Shown: positions 9,679-18,539 of the stretch, in pieces
Layout of the letters: each line of letters opens with the position of its first letter
How positions within the stretch are numbered: the stretch's first letter is position 1
Virus record (IMG/VR): IMGVR_UViG_3300035703_000054
Span: 15,267-79,266 of that record
Length of the DNA stretch: 64,000 bases
Source: a virus
Direction: 5' to 3' (one strand)
Translations under genes and position numbers: made by a program
The notes under the pieces: generated by a model
The model's database searches: none
Told to the model about the DNA's origin: nothing
What the model saw: the letters and a program-made list of their open reading frames with translations, nothing else

Positions 9679-10425
9679 ATGTATACGCCTATAAGTAATT
9701 GGCGGTACGATAGCGGCTTTCACAAAGTTCAGAGCGGTCCGAACCACGAGGGTTATATCGTGGTCAGCTCTGGAATTGTAGATACGGGAGCGGACATAGG
9801 TGTTGTTACTCCCGGAGCTCCGAATAGCGGCCTCTGGTACAACACAGATGATTGGCGGGCGGTACCAAGCGCTGTTTCCGGTTATTGGACCAATTATTCG
9901 GATGTTGACTACGCTCCTAGCGGCGCTTTAAGCAGTTACGTCGGGTATCGCCCGCTAGGTGTTTCGACGATCGCTAATGCAAAAGTTTCTACGTCTTATG
10001 GACCTCAATTTGGGTTGAGGACCACTGGGCAATCTACGTATTTCAACGGTGTTGCACCGGCATCTCAAGCGTACACGCCATACAACACTCCAGATGAAAA
10101 CACGGCAGCTCAGGGGTATACCGGAGGCGGTGTAACTCATGGTCGGTATGAGGGAGGCATTTTAACGAATCCGACTAACGACACCTCAGGATCCCGTGCC
10201 GCGTGGATCTATAACCCCCCTGTTTACTGCAAAACCTACACTGAAACGGTGCGCAGTACGGCTCCTGGTTTGATGTCCACGGCTCTTCGGTACATATACC
10301 GCGGTAAAGCCGGAACGTATGTCTCCAACTTCGCGGCCATTTATCACCAGCTGCCCGAAGGTGTTAGGTCGATGGTGCGCACGTATTCGCCTACTGTTAA
10401 TTCCAGCAACCAAAAATCGATTTGA
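9679..10425 (+). CDS. Hypothetical virion-associated protein (S/G/T/Y-rich)
   Basis: ORF directly upstream of the capsid gene. Confidence 0.6.
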   Translation: MYTPISNWRYDSGFHKVQSGPNHEGYIVVSSGIVDTGADIGVVTPGAPNSGLWYNTDDWRAVPSAVSGYWTNYSDVDYAPSGALSSYVGYRPLGVSTIANAKVSTSYGPQFGLRTTGQSTYFNGVAPASQAYTPYNTPDENTAAQGYTGGGVTHGRYEGGILTNPTNDTSGSRAAWIYNPPVYCKTYTETVRSTAPGLMSTALRYIYRGKAGTYVSNFAAIYHQLPEGVRSMVRTYSPTVNSSNQKSI

Positions 10426-10506
10426 CCGCTAAAAATGCGACAAGCTGGTTTTGTTCAGCTTGTTTTCTAGTTAAATTAAGTATGTAGTTCTTCGGAGGTT
10501 GACGCT

Positions 10507-10613
10507 TTGTTCGTCGACAATGATTTTCCGAAGCTGCTCGGTGCAGAGCTCTACCGTCCGCATCCTGCGTACGTTGTAGAGATGGCTGCAGAGCCGGTTG
10601 TAGTGCACGACTT
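10507..10613 (+). CDS. Major capsid protein, exon 1
   Basis: GGAGG at 10494-10498, TTG start, MFVDNDFPKLLGAELYRPHPAYVVEMAAEPVVVHD-F; frame stops shortly after, joins exon 2 in frame. Confidence 0.8.
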
Positions 10614-11608
10614 GGACTCATGAGTCTAGAGTCCCTTTAGGTGAGAGCCTTTAGGTTAAACTCCGTGAATTGCTGGAAAGCCGGACCCGAAAGGGAGGCC
10701 AATCAGCAGCCAAGCCAATCAGAAATGGTTGGAAGGTTCAACGACTAACACTGCTCGAATGCTCTCTCGAAGCGACCGATCTTTTCTCAAGGGAGTTTGT
10801 GTGGGCGACGGATGCCTCAGGCATCAAGTCACATACCCAAACCTAGTGCTGTCGCACTCCAGGAAACAGTTTGAGTATCTCCGCTGGAAAGTGGGACGCT
10901 TAAATCGAATTTTTGGGATAAAACAGCCGATTAAGGAAAGAGACTTCACTAACCAAACAGGTACATTTCCTGGTTGTCAGTGGTGGTCTAATCAACAAGA
11001 GCTGCTTCTTCCTTTATATAAGGAGCTTTATCCGCACGGTGTGAAGGTGTTAACACCTTCGTTCTTGCGTGATATCGGTTTAGAGGGTTTAGCTGTCCTT
11101 TATATGGATGACGGAAACCTTCAACTCCGTAAGCGAGGTAGATCCACGCAAACCGGAGAACCTTATATCAGGGAGCGCATTGTAGAGTTGGCTTTATACG
11201 TTCCTTATGACACAGCTTTATTTGTGTCTGACTGGATCGAGAGCTTAACCGGAGCGTCATTGACTCCTCGTGAGCCGATGAAAGCGAAGAGTCCCAATAA
11301 ATGGAATCTTCGCGGTAACGGCACTCAAGCTCGTTTATTCGTAGAGGCTTTAAAACCATACGGATGCAAAGCCATGAGCTACAAATTCGACCTTCGCTAC
11401 GACGCTCGAACTAATCGAGGCAAGTCAAAGTGGAGCGAGGCTGACCGCAACAAATTTGTTGTAGAAGCCGATAAGGTGACACGAGTGCGGAGCACCCAAA
11501 CAGAGGTATTGCCTGCTGTGGGTGATGATATAGTCTACTCATCAACGTCCTTAAGTTGATGTTACGTGAGGATAAAGAGCCTCACGGTGCTTACTAAAGC
11601 ATTACAGG
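10614..11608 (+). mobile_element. Group I self-splicing intron (995 nt) carrying a homing endonuclease
   Basis: P1: exon GACUU pairs with GAGUC (10629-33) giving the U-G splice site; P AAUUGCUGGAAA 10668; Q AAUCAGCAGC 10701; P3 CUCCGU 10661/GCGGAG 11487; P7 GACUA 10743/UAGUC 11531; P8 CACCCA/UGGGUG; terminal G at 11608 (alternative 11611). Confidence 0.9.
10729..11559 (+). CDS. Intron-encoded double-motif LAGLIDADG homing endonuclease
   Basis: Motifs FLKGVCVGDGCL and GLAVLYMDDGNL; likely ATG at 10759; 3' end reads through intron P3'/P8/P7'/P9. Confidence 0.85.
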   Translation: MEGSTTNTARMLSRSDRSFLKGVCVGDGCLRHQVTYPNLVLSHSRKQFEYLRWKVGRLNRIFGIKQPIKERDFTNQTGTFPGCQWWSNQQELLLPLYKELYPHGVKVLTPSFLRDIGLEGLAVLYMDDGNLQLRKRGRSTQTGEPYIRERIVELALYVPYDTALFVSDWIESLTGASLTPREPMKAKSPNKWNLRGNGTQARLFVEALKPYGCKAMSYKFDLRYDARTNRGKSKWSEADRNKFVVEADKVTRVRSTQTEVLPAVGDDIVYSSTSLS

Positions 11609-12617
11609 CAGCAAACAACCAGGCCAGACCGTTCAGCTTGACCGTTATCGTTTCTGGGGCAACCCCGGCTCTAAGGAGTCTCGGGAGCGCACTGCTGAGC
11701 AGACCATCGGTACTGCCAACAGCCGGAATATCGTTAAGGACAAAGTGCTCGTGACCCTCCGCGAGTACACTGGTCCTGCTGACCCGAGTGATCCCACTCA
11801 GCCGAGCACCTTTAAAATTGCTCGCGAGACCCTGATCACCGCTCAGCGTCTGCTGCTGGACACCGGTAACCTCACCGCTTTCCACCAGTCCATCGGTAGC
11901 CTCACCCTGCTGGATGACTACCGCCGATGGCGCGACCGGGTGTTCATCAACGAACTCCTGAAAGCTGTCTCCAAGGGTCAAGCCTCTGATAGCCAAGGTG
12001 GTTATTACTACCCCGGCGATCTGGCTGTCGGTAGCCTCACCTATGCCAACGCCGAGCAAGCTAAGTTCGACGTTAAGGATGACCTGCTGCGCGTGGTGAA
12101 GAGCCTGCGTAAGCGGAACACTCCTACCTACCAGGATGGTTTCTATCGCTGCGTTTGCGATCCTACCTTCCTGATGCACCTGCGCCAGAACAGCGACTTC
12201 CGCGAAGTTGCTCGTTACCCCGGCAACGGTCAGATCAACCCCCTCATGTCCTCGATGCAGCCTAACGCTGCCATCTACATGGGTCAGGGCTTCGGTCAAG
12301 CCACCTTCGTGGCGGGCGAGCCGATTATGCCCACGGGTTTTGTGTTCGAAGGCGTTCGCTTCTTCGAATCCACTAACATGCCCTCTCAGAGCCAGACTGC
12401 CACCATCGGCGGCACGTCTAAGGCTTATGAAAGCGCAATCGGTATGTTCTTCGGTCCCCAGAGTGTTGGCGTCGGCATCGGCGGTAACAATGCTCAGGTT
12501 CTTCTGAATAACAACGACGATTTCAGCCGTTTCATCATGATGATTTGGAGCCTGTACGCAGGTTTCGAACTTCTGAACGCTGACTTCGCGACCATCGCCT
12601 ACTCCTTTAACGCTTGA
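11609..12617 (+). CDS. Major capsid protein, exon 2
   Basis: Frame open from 11610 (SKQPGQTVQLDRYRFWG...) into track ORF 11745..12617; strong C-ending codon bias; VRFFES and IWSLYAGFELLN capsid-like C-terminus; spliced product about 371 aa. Confidence 0.8.
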
Positions 12618-12631
12618 GGAGGTAACTAACG

Positions 12632-13507
12632 ATGGCCATCAACCCTAACCAGATCTCGGTTGCCAAGATTTATCCTGGTAACTACACCAACGTTCTTCGT
12701 TACTGGCACGAAGCGAAGTCCGTTGATTTCCTCAACGAAAACGGCACCAGCGAGACTCTCGCCAACCAACCCGTTGGCGGTCCTGTTGGCGTTATTTTCC
12801 GTCCCGGCTGGATTGCTCAGCAAGCTGTCGGTTACGTAGACCTGTCTTACCAGGCTCTGGGTTCCGTCAACCAGCTTGAGTATTACACCAAGCCTTACGG
12901 TTCCGGTCTGAACGGTGACAACGTCGCCTTCACCACCGGCAACGTGATCATCCCCTCTCCGGATTATCACAAGGACGTGCGTGCCGACATTGCTGACGGC
13001 ATCACTGTTCCTTCTGGTGCTTACGTGTACCGCGTGGGTCTCCGTATCGACGGCGGCGACGTGGTGTCCAGCGGTGTGGGCGGCGGTTCCGCTACCCCCA
13101 CCCTTGGTCTCGGTCCCGCACTGGGCGTCGGCCTCACCGCCACCCCTTCGGCCAGCGGTTTCTTCGCTACTGTTGTTGGTTCCAACAGCCGTATCGAGAA
13201 CGGTTCGTTCAACTCCAGCAACGCCTGGAATGACGCGAACATGCACGCCGTTACCTCCGCCACTACCTACAAGCTCTCCACCGTGGGCAACCTCGGCGGC
13301 GCAGCTGCTTCTGGTTTGGCTCAGGCTTCCGGTGTGTACGACCCCCGCGCCAAGACCGGCAAGCTGCTCGGCAAAGACAAAGCTCTGGCAATCTGCGAAG
13401 TTTGCTGGCTTGTTCCCGATGAGCCGCCCAAGCGTTCCGACGTGGCACTCCAACCCGCCGGTGTTGTCGAATCTTCGATCTACACCAGCACCTCTCCTTC
13501 GGCCTGA
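12632..13507 (+). CDS. Abundant virion protein (decoration/minor capsid candidate)
   Basis: GAGGAGG RBS, same codon bias as the capsid gene, followed by a terminator. Confidence 0.65.
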   Translation: MAINPNQISVAKIYPGNYTNVLRYWHEAKSVDFLNENGTSETLANQPVGGPVGVIFRPGWIAQQAVGYVDLSYQALGSVNQLEYYTKPYGSGLNGDNVAFTTGNVIIPSPDYHKDVRADIADGITVPSGAYVYRVGLRIDGGDVVSSGVGGGSATPTLGLGPALGVGLTATPSASGFFATVVGSNSRIENGSFNSSNAWNDANMHAVTSATTYKLSTVGNLGGAAASGLAQASGVYDPRAKTGKLLGKDKALAICEVCWLVPDEPPKRSDVALQPAGVVESSIYTSTSPSA

Positions 13508-13533
13508 TAAACTTAATCGGATGTCGACGGACA

Positions 13534-13560
13534 CCCCCTCTTCGGAGGGGGATTTTTTTT
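13534..13560 (+). terminator. Intrinsic terminator with cUUCGg loop
   Basis: CCCCCTC-TTCG-GAGGGGG followed by A and T8. Confidence 0.9.
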
Positions 13561-14059
13561 ACCTAATTCCGATCGATTTGCGCAGTAGTTCTTTTTTGAT
13601 CTCCTCCAAGCGATCTTCCGGATTAATGCTGTATGTTTTGCCGGTCTCCACAAGGTCTACCAAAGATCTAGCCCAGTTTTCTGGGTTGACGTAGTCCAAC
13701 ATTCCTGCTGTACGGCTCAATGTTTCCGGACTGAATCCTCCTCCTGCAATACCTAGGCTGCGATGAACATCCCGTCGGGACTGGGCTTCCGGAGTTGCCT
13801 GAGGTTTAACTGCGTATCGAGTTACAGCCGGCGCCACTGTGAGAATGTCGGCAGGTGGAAGCGCACTCGCAGCGAAACCAGCTCCGCCCACTGCAATACC
13901 TCGTGCCGCGGCGCGCCTGGGCGACATTCCCGCTTTAATGTTCGAGCTTGTTTCACCAATGACGTTCAGCACGTCTCCGGCAAAAGGAACTGCGTGTAAG
14001 AACCGTTTTGCGTGTGTCGGGATTTGAGGGAAACCCGGTAAACGAAAGTTGAAAGGCAC
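13559..14059 (-). CDS. Hypothetical protein
   Basis: 166-aa ORF, convergent with capsid operon. Confidence 0.55.
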   Translation of the reverse strand: MPFNFRLPGFPQIPTHAKRFLHAVPFAGDVLNVIGETSSNIKAGMSPRRAAARGIAVGGAGFAASALPPADILTVAPAVTRYAVKPQATPEAQSRRDVHRSLGIAGGGFSPETLSRTAGMLDYVNPENWARSLVDLVETGKTYSINPEDRLEEIKKELLRKSIGIR

Positions 14060-14124
14060 CTACCTTAAGACCGTACACCTATTGCCAGTTTAAGGTAAGA
14101 TACCGTTCAGATACTGTTCACATA

Positions 14125-14559
14125 ATGACTGTGACTCAGGTTAAAGAGTTTACGTACACTCCTAATGGTGTCAAGATCGAAGTCGTTAGCACGCATGACG
14201 ATGGCGAGTACATGATGGTGCGTTCTATTACTACCGGTAAAGTTTTCTTTGCGCATCGGAATCAAGTTATCGAAGAAGTGCGTGAAGCTGAACCCGAAGC
14301 TGCTCCTTCTAAACAACGGCGCGGACGTCAGTTAGTTAAACCTGAAGTGCCTGCATTTAATCGAGTCAACATCAACACAGCGCCTCCTCAGTTACTGACT
14401 CAGGTACTGAAAGGCGTGGGCATCAAAACAGCTACAGATATAAAAGAGTTGCAGCAGAGTATGCCTGGCGAACGTTTTACTAAGCTCGATCAGTTGAAGT
14501 CCATTAAAGGTATTAACTGGGATGAGGTTCTTGAGGATGGGAATGTGTATGTGGAATAA
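14125..14559 (+). CDS. Helix-hairpin-helix (ComEA-like) DNA-binding protein
   Basis: RVNINTA...LKGVGIKTA...FTKLDQLKSIKGI. Confidence 0.7.
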   Translation: MTVTQVKEFTYTPNGVKIEVVSTHDDGEYMMVRSITTGKVFFAHRNQVIEEVREAEPEAAPSKQRRGRQLVKPEVPAFNRVNINTAPPQLLTQVLKGVGIKTATDIKELQQSMPGERFTKLDQLKSIKGINWDEVLEDGNVYVE

Positions 14560-15076
14560 AGTTTAAATACGCAAATTCGCCGAAATACTTAAGAGCCGCT
14601 TCGTTATATGCGATAGCGGCTTTTTCTTTTGTATCGAATCTCCCTAAGTTTATTATTTTACCGTCAACGTGTATGTGTGTTTTCCATTTTTGTCTATTTT
14701 TATCCCAGCAAACTCCTTTATAACCGGACGTATTATTTTTCTGTATTTTTTTATTTCTTTGATTTTGGTTGACCGTCGCTAATCTCAAATTTACGGCTTT
14801 ATTGTCTGTCGAATTTCTATTCGCGTGGTCTACATCAAGATGCTCGGGATCTTTGCCGGAATTTAAAAAGAAAATAACTCTAGAGTTTAAATAAAGAATA
14901 TTTCTGAATCTAACACTGTAGTTTTCGCGATTTCGATCTGAGACTTTCCATTTACACCCTGCTTCATCCCCCATTTTTGCTCTACCATTTACAGTTCTTA
15001 TCCAACGTAATCCGGTTTTCGAAGACGGATCTACCTGAAGGTATTCACCTATATCTTCCGGTATTCCGTGTCTCAT
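14513..15076 (-). CDS. HNH homing endonuclease with AP2 domain
   Basis: VDHANRNSTDNKAVNLRLATVNQNQRN + NTSGYKGVCWDK..KW...LGRFDTKEKAAIAYNEAA. Confidence 0.9.
   Translation of the reverse strand: MRHGIPEDIGEYLQVDPSSKTGLRWIRTVNGRAKMGDEAGCKWKVSDRNRENYSVRFRNILYLNSRVIFFLNSGKDPEHLDVDHANRNSTDNKAVNLRLATVNQNQRNKKIQKNNTSGYKGVCWDKNRQKWKTHIHVDGKIINLGRFDTKEKAAIAYNEAALKYFGEFAYLNFIPHTHSHPQEPHPS
14594..14630 (+). terminator. Intrinsic terminator embedded antisense in the HNH-AP2 gene
   Basis: AGCCGCT...AGCGGCT stem with inner TCGT/GCGA pairing, then TTTTCTTTT. Confidence 0.6.
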
Positions 15077-15110
15077 TTACAATAAAAGCATAGCGGAGGC
15101 TTAGTGTAGC

Positions 15111-15731
15111 ATGGCTCAGTTAACGCAACAGGAGTTAGAACAACTTCAGAGTTACCTTGCTCAGCAGGGCGTTGTCTTTCAGCCTGACACTACCGATGCT
15201 ACTAAGAGAGAGGTAATCTACGCCGCGGTTAATCAGCTAACTAGAAATAGTGCCCAAGTATTTGGTTATAGATTAGATGATTTCAACTTTAGTCGGGTAG
15301 CTTATTTCTTAGGTTACAATTTAGCTACTGTGCCGGCTGGAGATTATGCCCGTTTAATGGAAGCTTGTAACAGCATTCCTAGTGAGTTTTACTACGACAA
15401 GATAATCGAGCAATTAGAACGCTGTGCAGAAGCTGAGCGTTTAACAGAGCTGGCTACCGGCCGAGCAACGAGTCGTCAGGAAACTATTTTAGGTGACGTC
15501 AGCCGTTCTATTAATATTCAAGATAAAAGAGAAACTGCAAAAATATGGAGAGAGAATTTCTTATACGAGTGCGATAGGTTAGCTCATATGCTCTATATCC
15601 CGAATTATAGGGATCCTGTGACAGCGAGGTATCGTTTCGAACGCAGTGGTGGGGAATTTGTACAAGCTATTCCCGGACCTCCGGATGTGTCCCGTTCGGA
15701 CCGTCTGTACTTTTACGCAAACTGGCGATAA
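15111..15731 (+). CDS. Putative head completion/adaptor virion protein
   Basis: Position after capsid genes; helical 206 aa; function inferred from position only. Confidence 0.4.
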   Translation: MAQLTQQELEQLQSYLAQQGVVFQPDTTDATKREVIYAAVNQLTRNSAQVFGYRLDDFNFSRVAYFLGYNLATVPAGDYARLMEACNSIPSEFYYDKIIEQLERCAEAERLTELATGRATSRQETILGDVSRSINIQDKRETAKIWRENFLYECDRLAHMLYIPNYRDPVTARYRFERSGGEFVQAIPGPPDVSRSDRLYFYANWR

Positions 15732-15763
15732 ACGCTATATTTATTAAAGGCACAGGTAGCTGT

Positions 15764-17485
15764 ATGGCTGATTACGCAGAGGGTTTGCGGGTTCTCACTA
15801 ATTTAGTTAGCAACCCGCAAATGCTGAGGCAGATCCAAAAGTTACCTGGGGAGATCTCCGGGCAAATTCAGGATGTTCTGCGTGGTTTCCAGGCAGCTGG
15901 CGGTAGCGGCGCTTTAGGTCCTGCTATTCAGAAACGCTTACTGTTCCCAAATGCTCCCGCCCCTCGGCCCATTCCGACTAAAGCTGAGAAGGCTCTGCAA
16001 CTCCCGTTGCCTCTTCGAACTCGTGAAGGCGTGCCGGTTTCTTCGCGCACTCCGCGGCCCACGGTCCGAAATCGCGAAACAATTCGTGCGGGTGCCCGCG
16101 AACGTGTCGCAGACATGCCTCGTGTGCGTTTACCCGGCGAAGCGCCAGGTCAATTGCACATTGAGTCAGCTCCTGAGCCTCAGTTTAATTACAGAGGTGT
16201 CCACATCGCTCCGGAACCGGAGTTTGGTCCCGGTGCACGTCCGCTATCTCTGCGAGAGGCTGACGCCGATACTATGAGTCTGCTTCGCACTCTTGAACCG
16301 GGGACAGCCGCGACTCTTGCTCGATTAGCAGACGATATTTCGACTGAGTATAACGTTTCTGCCGGAGAAGCTCTTAAAAACATTACTGGTCCCAGGGGCA
16401 CAGATTATCTGGCTTATTTAAATACGGTTCAGAAAGGCCCGAGCGGTTCGATGGTCCCTCCTGGGGGCGGCCGAGCACTTCCTCCTGGCGGCGGCGCAGT
16501 TCCTCCGGGCGGCGGCCCAGCCATGGGCGGCGGGGATCGCGGCGGCGCCTTAGTTCCGTCTCCTGCCGGTGGAGCCGGCCGTCCTTCTCCCGGCGTGGTC
16601 GATGACGTTATTGATCTCGAATATCGCCTCATTCGCGATTTACCTACCGGACAACGCGGCGGTGCTCTTGGTCGCATAACTGCTGACTTAGGTAAAGCGG
16701 TGCGCGAATCAGGTCTCACTCCCACGCAAATTAAAGCTTTGCTGGCTGGCGCCGGCGGTCTCGGCGTAGGCACGCTCATGGGCGTTATGGGGCGCGGTGA
16801 TGAAACCGAGTCTGTCGTGCCTCTGACCGACGAACAGGCTTATCCCCGTCAAGGGACGGGTACTCCTTCTTCTCGTACGCCTGGAAGGATGCCCCCTTCA
16901 ACCACCGGGCAGGCCGGCAGCGGTCAGGTTGTTATTACCCAGGACGGCGGCGATAGCGAATATCGGCAAGCACGCGCAAACGCATTACAAGCTGTTCGTC
17001 GCGGAGGTGGCGCAGCTCCTGGTGCTCCGCGCGCACCCATCGCTGCTCCTAGTCCTGATCCCAACGCACCGATCGCTAAGTATTATCAGCAACGTCAAGA
17101 CTACGTATCGCAGCCTGAGGTTCTCAACCAAATTATTCGGGATGTCTCTGCCCTTCCCGGCGTGGCCCCACAAACTCCTGTTTGGGCTGCGAAGAACCCC
17201 ACTCTGGCTTATGAGATGCTTCAGCGAGCTAAAGCACGACCTGATTTATCTCAACAGATGCCTCAGCCGACCACTGCGTCTATCGGCTCCCAAATGGGCG
17301 ATGATCCTATCAAAAACGCAGCCGGGAATGCTGCGTACGCAGCTGAAGCCATAGATAAATCGGCCGGTGCTTCAGATATCGAGGACGCTACTCGTCCTCT
17401 TATCCGCCCTAAGGTTAATTATGTACCCCTTGGTGGGCGATTTATTCCCTCGGGCGGTTCTATACCCGCTGTTCCCTTCGCTTGA
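15764..17485 (+). CDS. Large P/G/A-rich hypothetical protein (internal virion protein candidate)
   Basis: 573-aa ORF with PPGGG repeats. Confidence 0.55.
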   Translation: MADYAEGLRVLTNLVSNPQMLRQIQKLPGEISGQIQDVLRGFQAAGGSGALGPAIQKRLLFPNAPAPRPIPTKAEKALQLPLPLRTREGVPVSSRTPRPTVRNRETIRAGARERVADMPRVRLPGEAPGQLHIESAPEPQFNYRGVHIAPEPEFGPGARPLSLREADADTMSLLRTLEPGTAATLARLADDISTEYNVSAGEALKNITGPRGTDYLAYLNTVQKGPSGSMVPPGGGRALPPGGGAVPPGGGPAMGGGDRGGALVPSPAGGAGRPSPGVVDDVIDLEYRLIRDLPTGQRGGALGRITADLGKAVRESGLTPTQIKALLAGAGGLGVGTLMGVMGRGDETESVVPLTDEQAYPRQGTGTPSSRTPGRMPPSTTGQAGSGQVVITQDGGDSEYRQARANALQAVRRGGGAAPGAPRAPIAAPSPDPNAPIAKYYQQRQDYVSQPEVLNQIIRDVSALPGVAPQTPVWAAKNPTLAYEMLQRAKARPDLSQQMPQPTTASIGSQMGDDPIKNAAGNAAYAAEAIDKSAGASDIEDATRPLIRPKVNYVPLGGRFIPSGGSIPAVPFA

Positions 17486-17501
17486 TTTAGGAGAAAACAA
17501 G

Positions 17502-17939
17502 ATGTCTGCTACCGACTTCTACCTTAACCCTCCAACCGTGAAGGGTTACGATTTCAAAGCTCCTACGGGGATTAATTACGAGGGTTTTCGCCCTGATTTA
17601 GGTAATGTTCTCGACATTAACCTTCAGAATTTGGGCGGACCTTCCGCTCCAAGTCCCACGCAGCCTGGAGCCCAGCCCGGTTGGGGTGAACAGCTAAAGG
17701 ATTTCCTTGGCGGTGTAGGTAAGTTTGGCGCCGGATTAGGTGCAGGCATAGCCGCTGCGCGTGGCGATATGCCGATGGCAGGTCAACTCATATCAACTTA
17801 CTTCCAGGAAAAAACTGGAGATAAAGACGAGAGCGAAGAATCTTCATTAGCTAAAGCACTTCGAACTTTAAATGACTTCGGAATGATCTCATTTAAGTTG
17901 AAGACAGACAACAAAGATACCGACAAACTCATGGTATGA
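17502..17939 (+). CDS. Hypothetical protein with glycine-zipper-like segment
   Basis: AGGAG RBS before ATG 17502; FLGGVGKFGAGLGAGIAAARG. Confidence 0.55.
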   Translation: MSATDFYLNPPTVKGYDFKAPTGINYEGFRPDLGNVLDINLQNLGGPSAPSPTQPGAQPGWGEQLKDFLGGVGKFGAGLGAGIAAARGDMPMAGQLISTYFQEKTGDKDESEESSLAKALRTLNDFGMISFKLKTDNKDTDKLMV

Positions 17940-17981
17940 GTTTAAGCTCCGCACAATTATTCCGCACACCGAGCGCACCTA

Positions 17982-18536
17982 ATGGCCTCTACTTCTACAA
18001 ACAAGCAGCCCTGTCTTATCGACCGCCCTTTTTTAAGGGGCGCTCGGATCACCAGCGCGACAGGGACTTGCAACCCCACTAACCCAAATCTGACTGATTT
18101 GATTCAGTTAGTTCGGGTAGGTGATCTTCCTTCGGAAGATGCTGCCCTGGTGGAAGATATCACCATTGTCAGCAACGAAGGCTACCCCGACAACAGCGGT
18201 CGACGGTCTGTTGATCTGGGTCTTTATGTTTACGCACCTAACCAAGCCGCTCCTTCTACGTCAGCTGCGTTAATGGTTGGTCGTGTTGAGGTTGGTCTTA
18301 GCGGCTCGACTCGCGGTATTCCTCAGAGCGTCCAACTATTTGCCTGCAACGCTCCCACCCCGCAAGTGGGCGATACTAACCTTCTCGCTCCCATTCAGAT
18401 CGGCAAATCCGAAGGTATTTACCTCGAAAAGGGATACATCCTCGCCGTGGGATATATCGGTACCGGAAGCACAGCGGTATCTGGCGGTTTGAGTCCATCT
18501 GGTATCACTGTATTTGCTCAGGGAGGATTCTATTGA
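17982..18536 (+). CDS. Hypothetical virion protein
   Basis: Beta-rich 184 aa ending in AQGGFY. Confidence 0.6.
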   Translation: MASTSTNKQPCLIDRPFLRGARITSATGTCNPTNPNLTDLIQLVRVGDLPSEDAALVEDITIVSNEGYPDNSGRRSVDLGLYVYAPNQAAPSTSAALMVGRVEVGLSGSTRGIPQSVQLFACNAPTPQVGDTNLLAPIQIGKSEGIYLEKGYILAVGYIGTGSTAVSGGLSPSGITVFAQGGFY

Positions 18537-18539
18537 ACT

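Noticed and set aside
11566-11754. 62-aa ORF spanning the intron 3' end
   Set aside because: Out of frame with exon 2 and overlapping intron structure
11562-12299. 245-aa minus-strand ORF opposite the capsid gene
   Set aside because: Antisense shadow produced by strong codon bias of the capsid gene; no motifs or RBS
11745-12617. Track start of the capsid gene at GTG 11745
   Set aside because: The frame is open upstream to 11610 and joins exon 1; this GTG is probably internal
12626-13534. 302-aa minus-strand ORF and 237-aa alternate plus frame (12981..13694)
   Set aside because: Shadows of the biased 12632..13507 gene; the plus-frame one crosses the terminator
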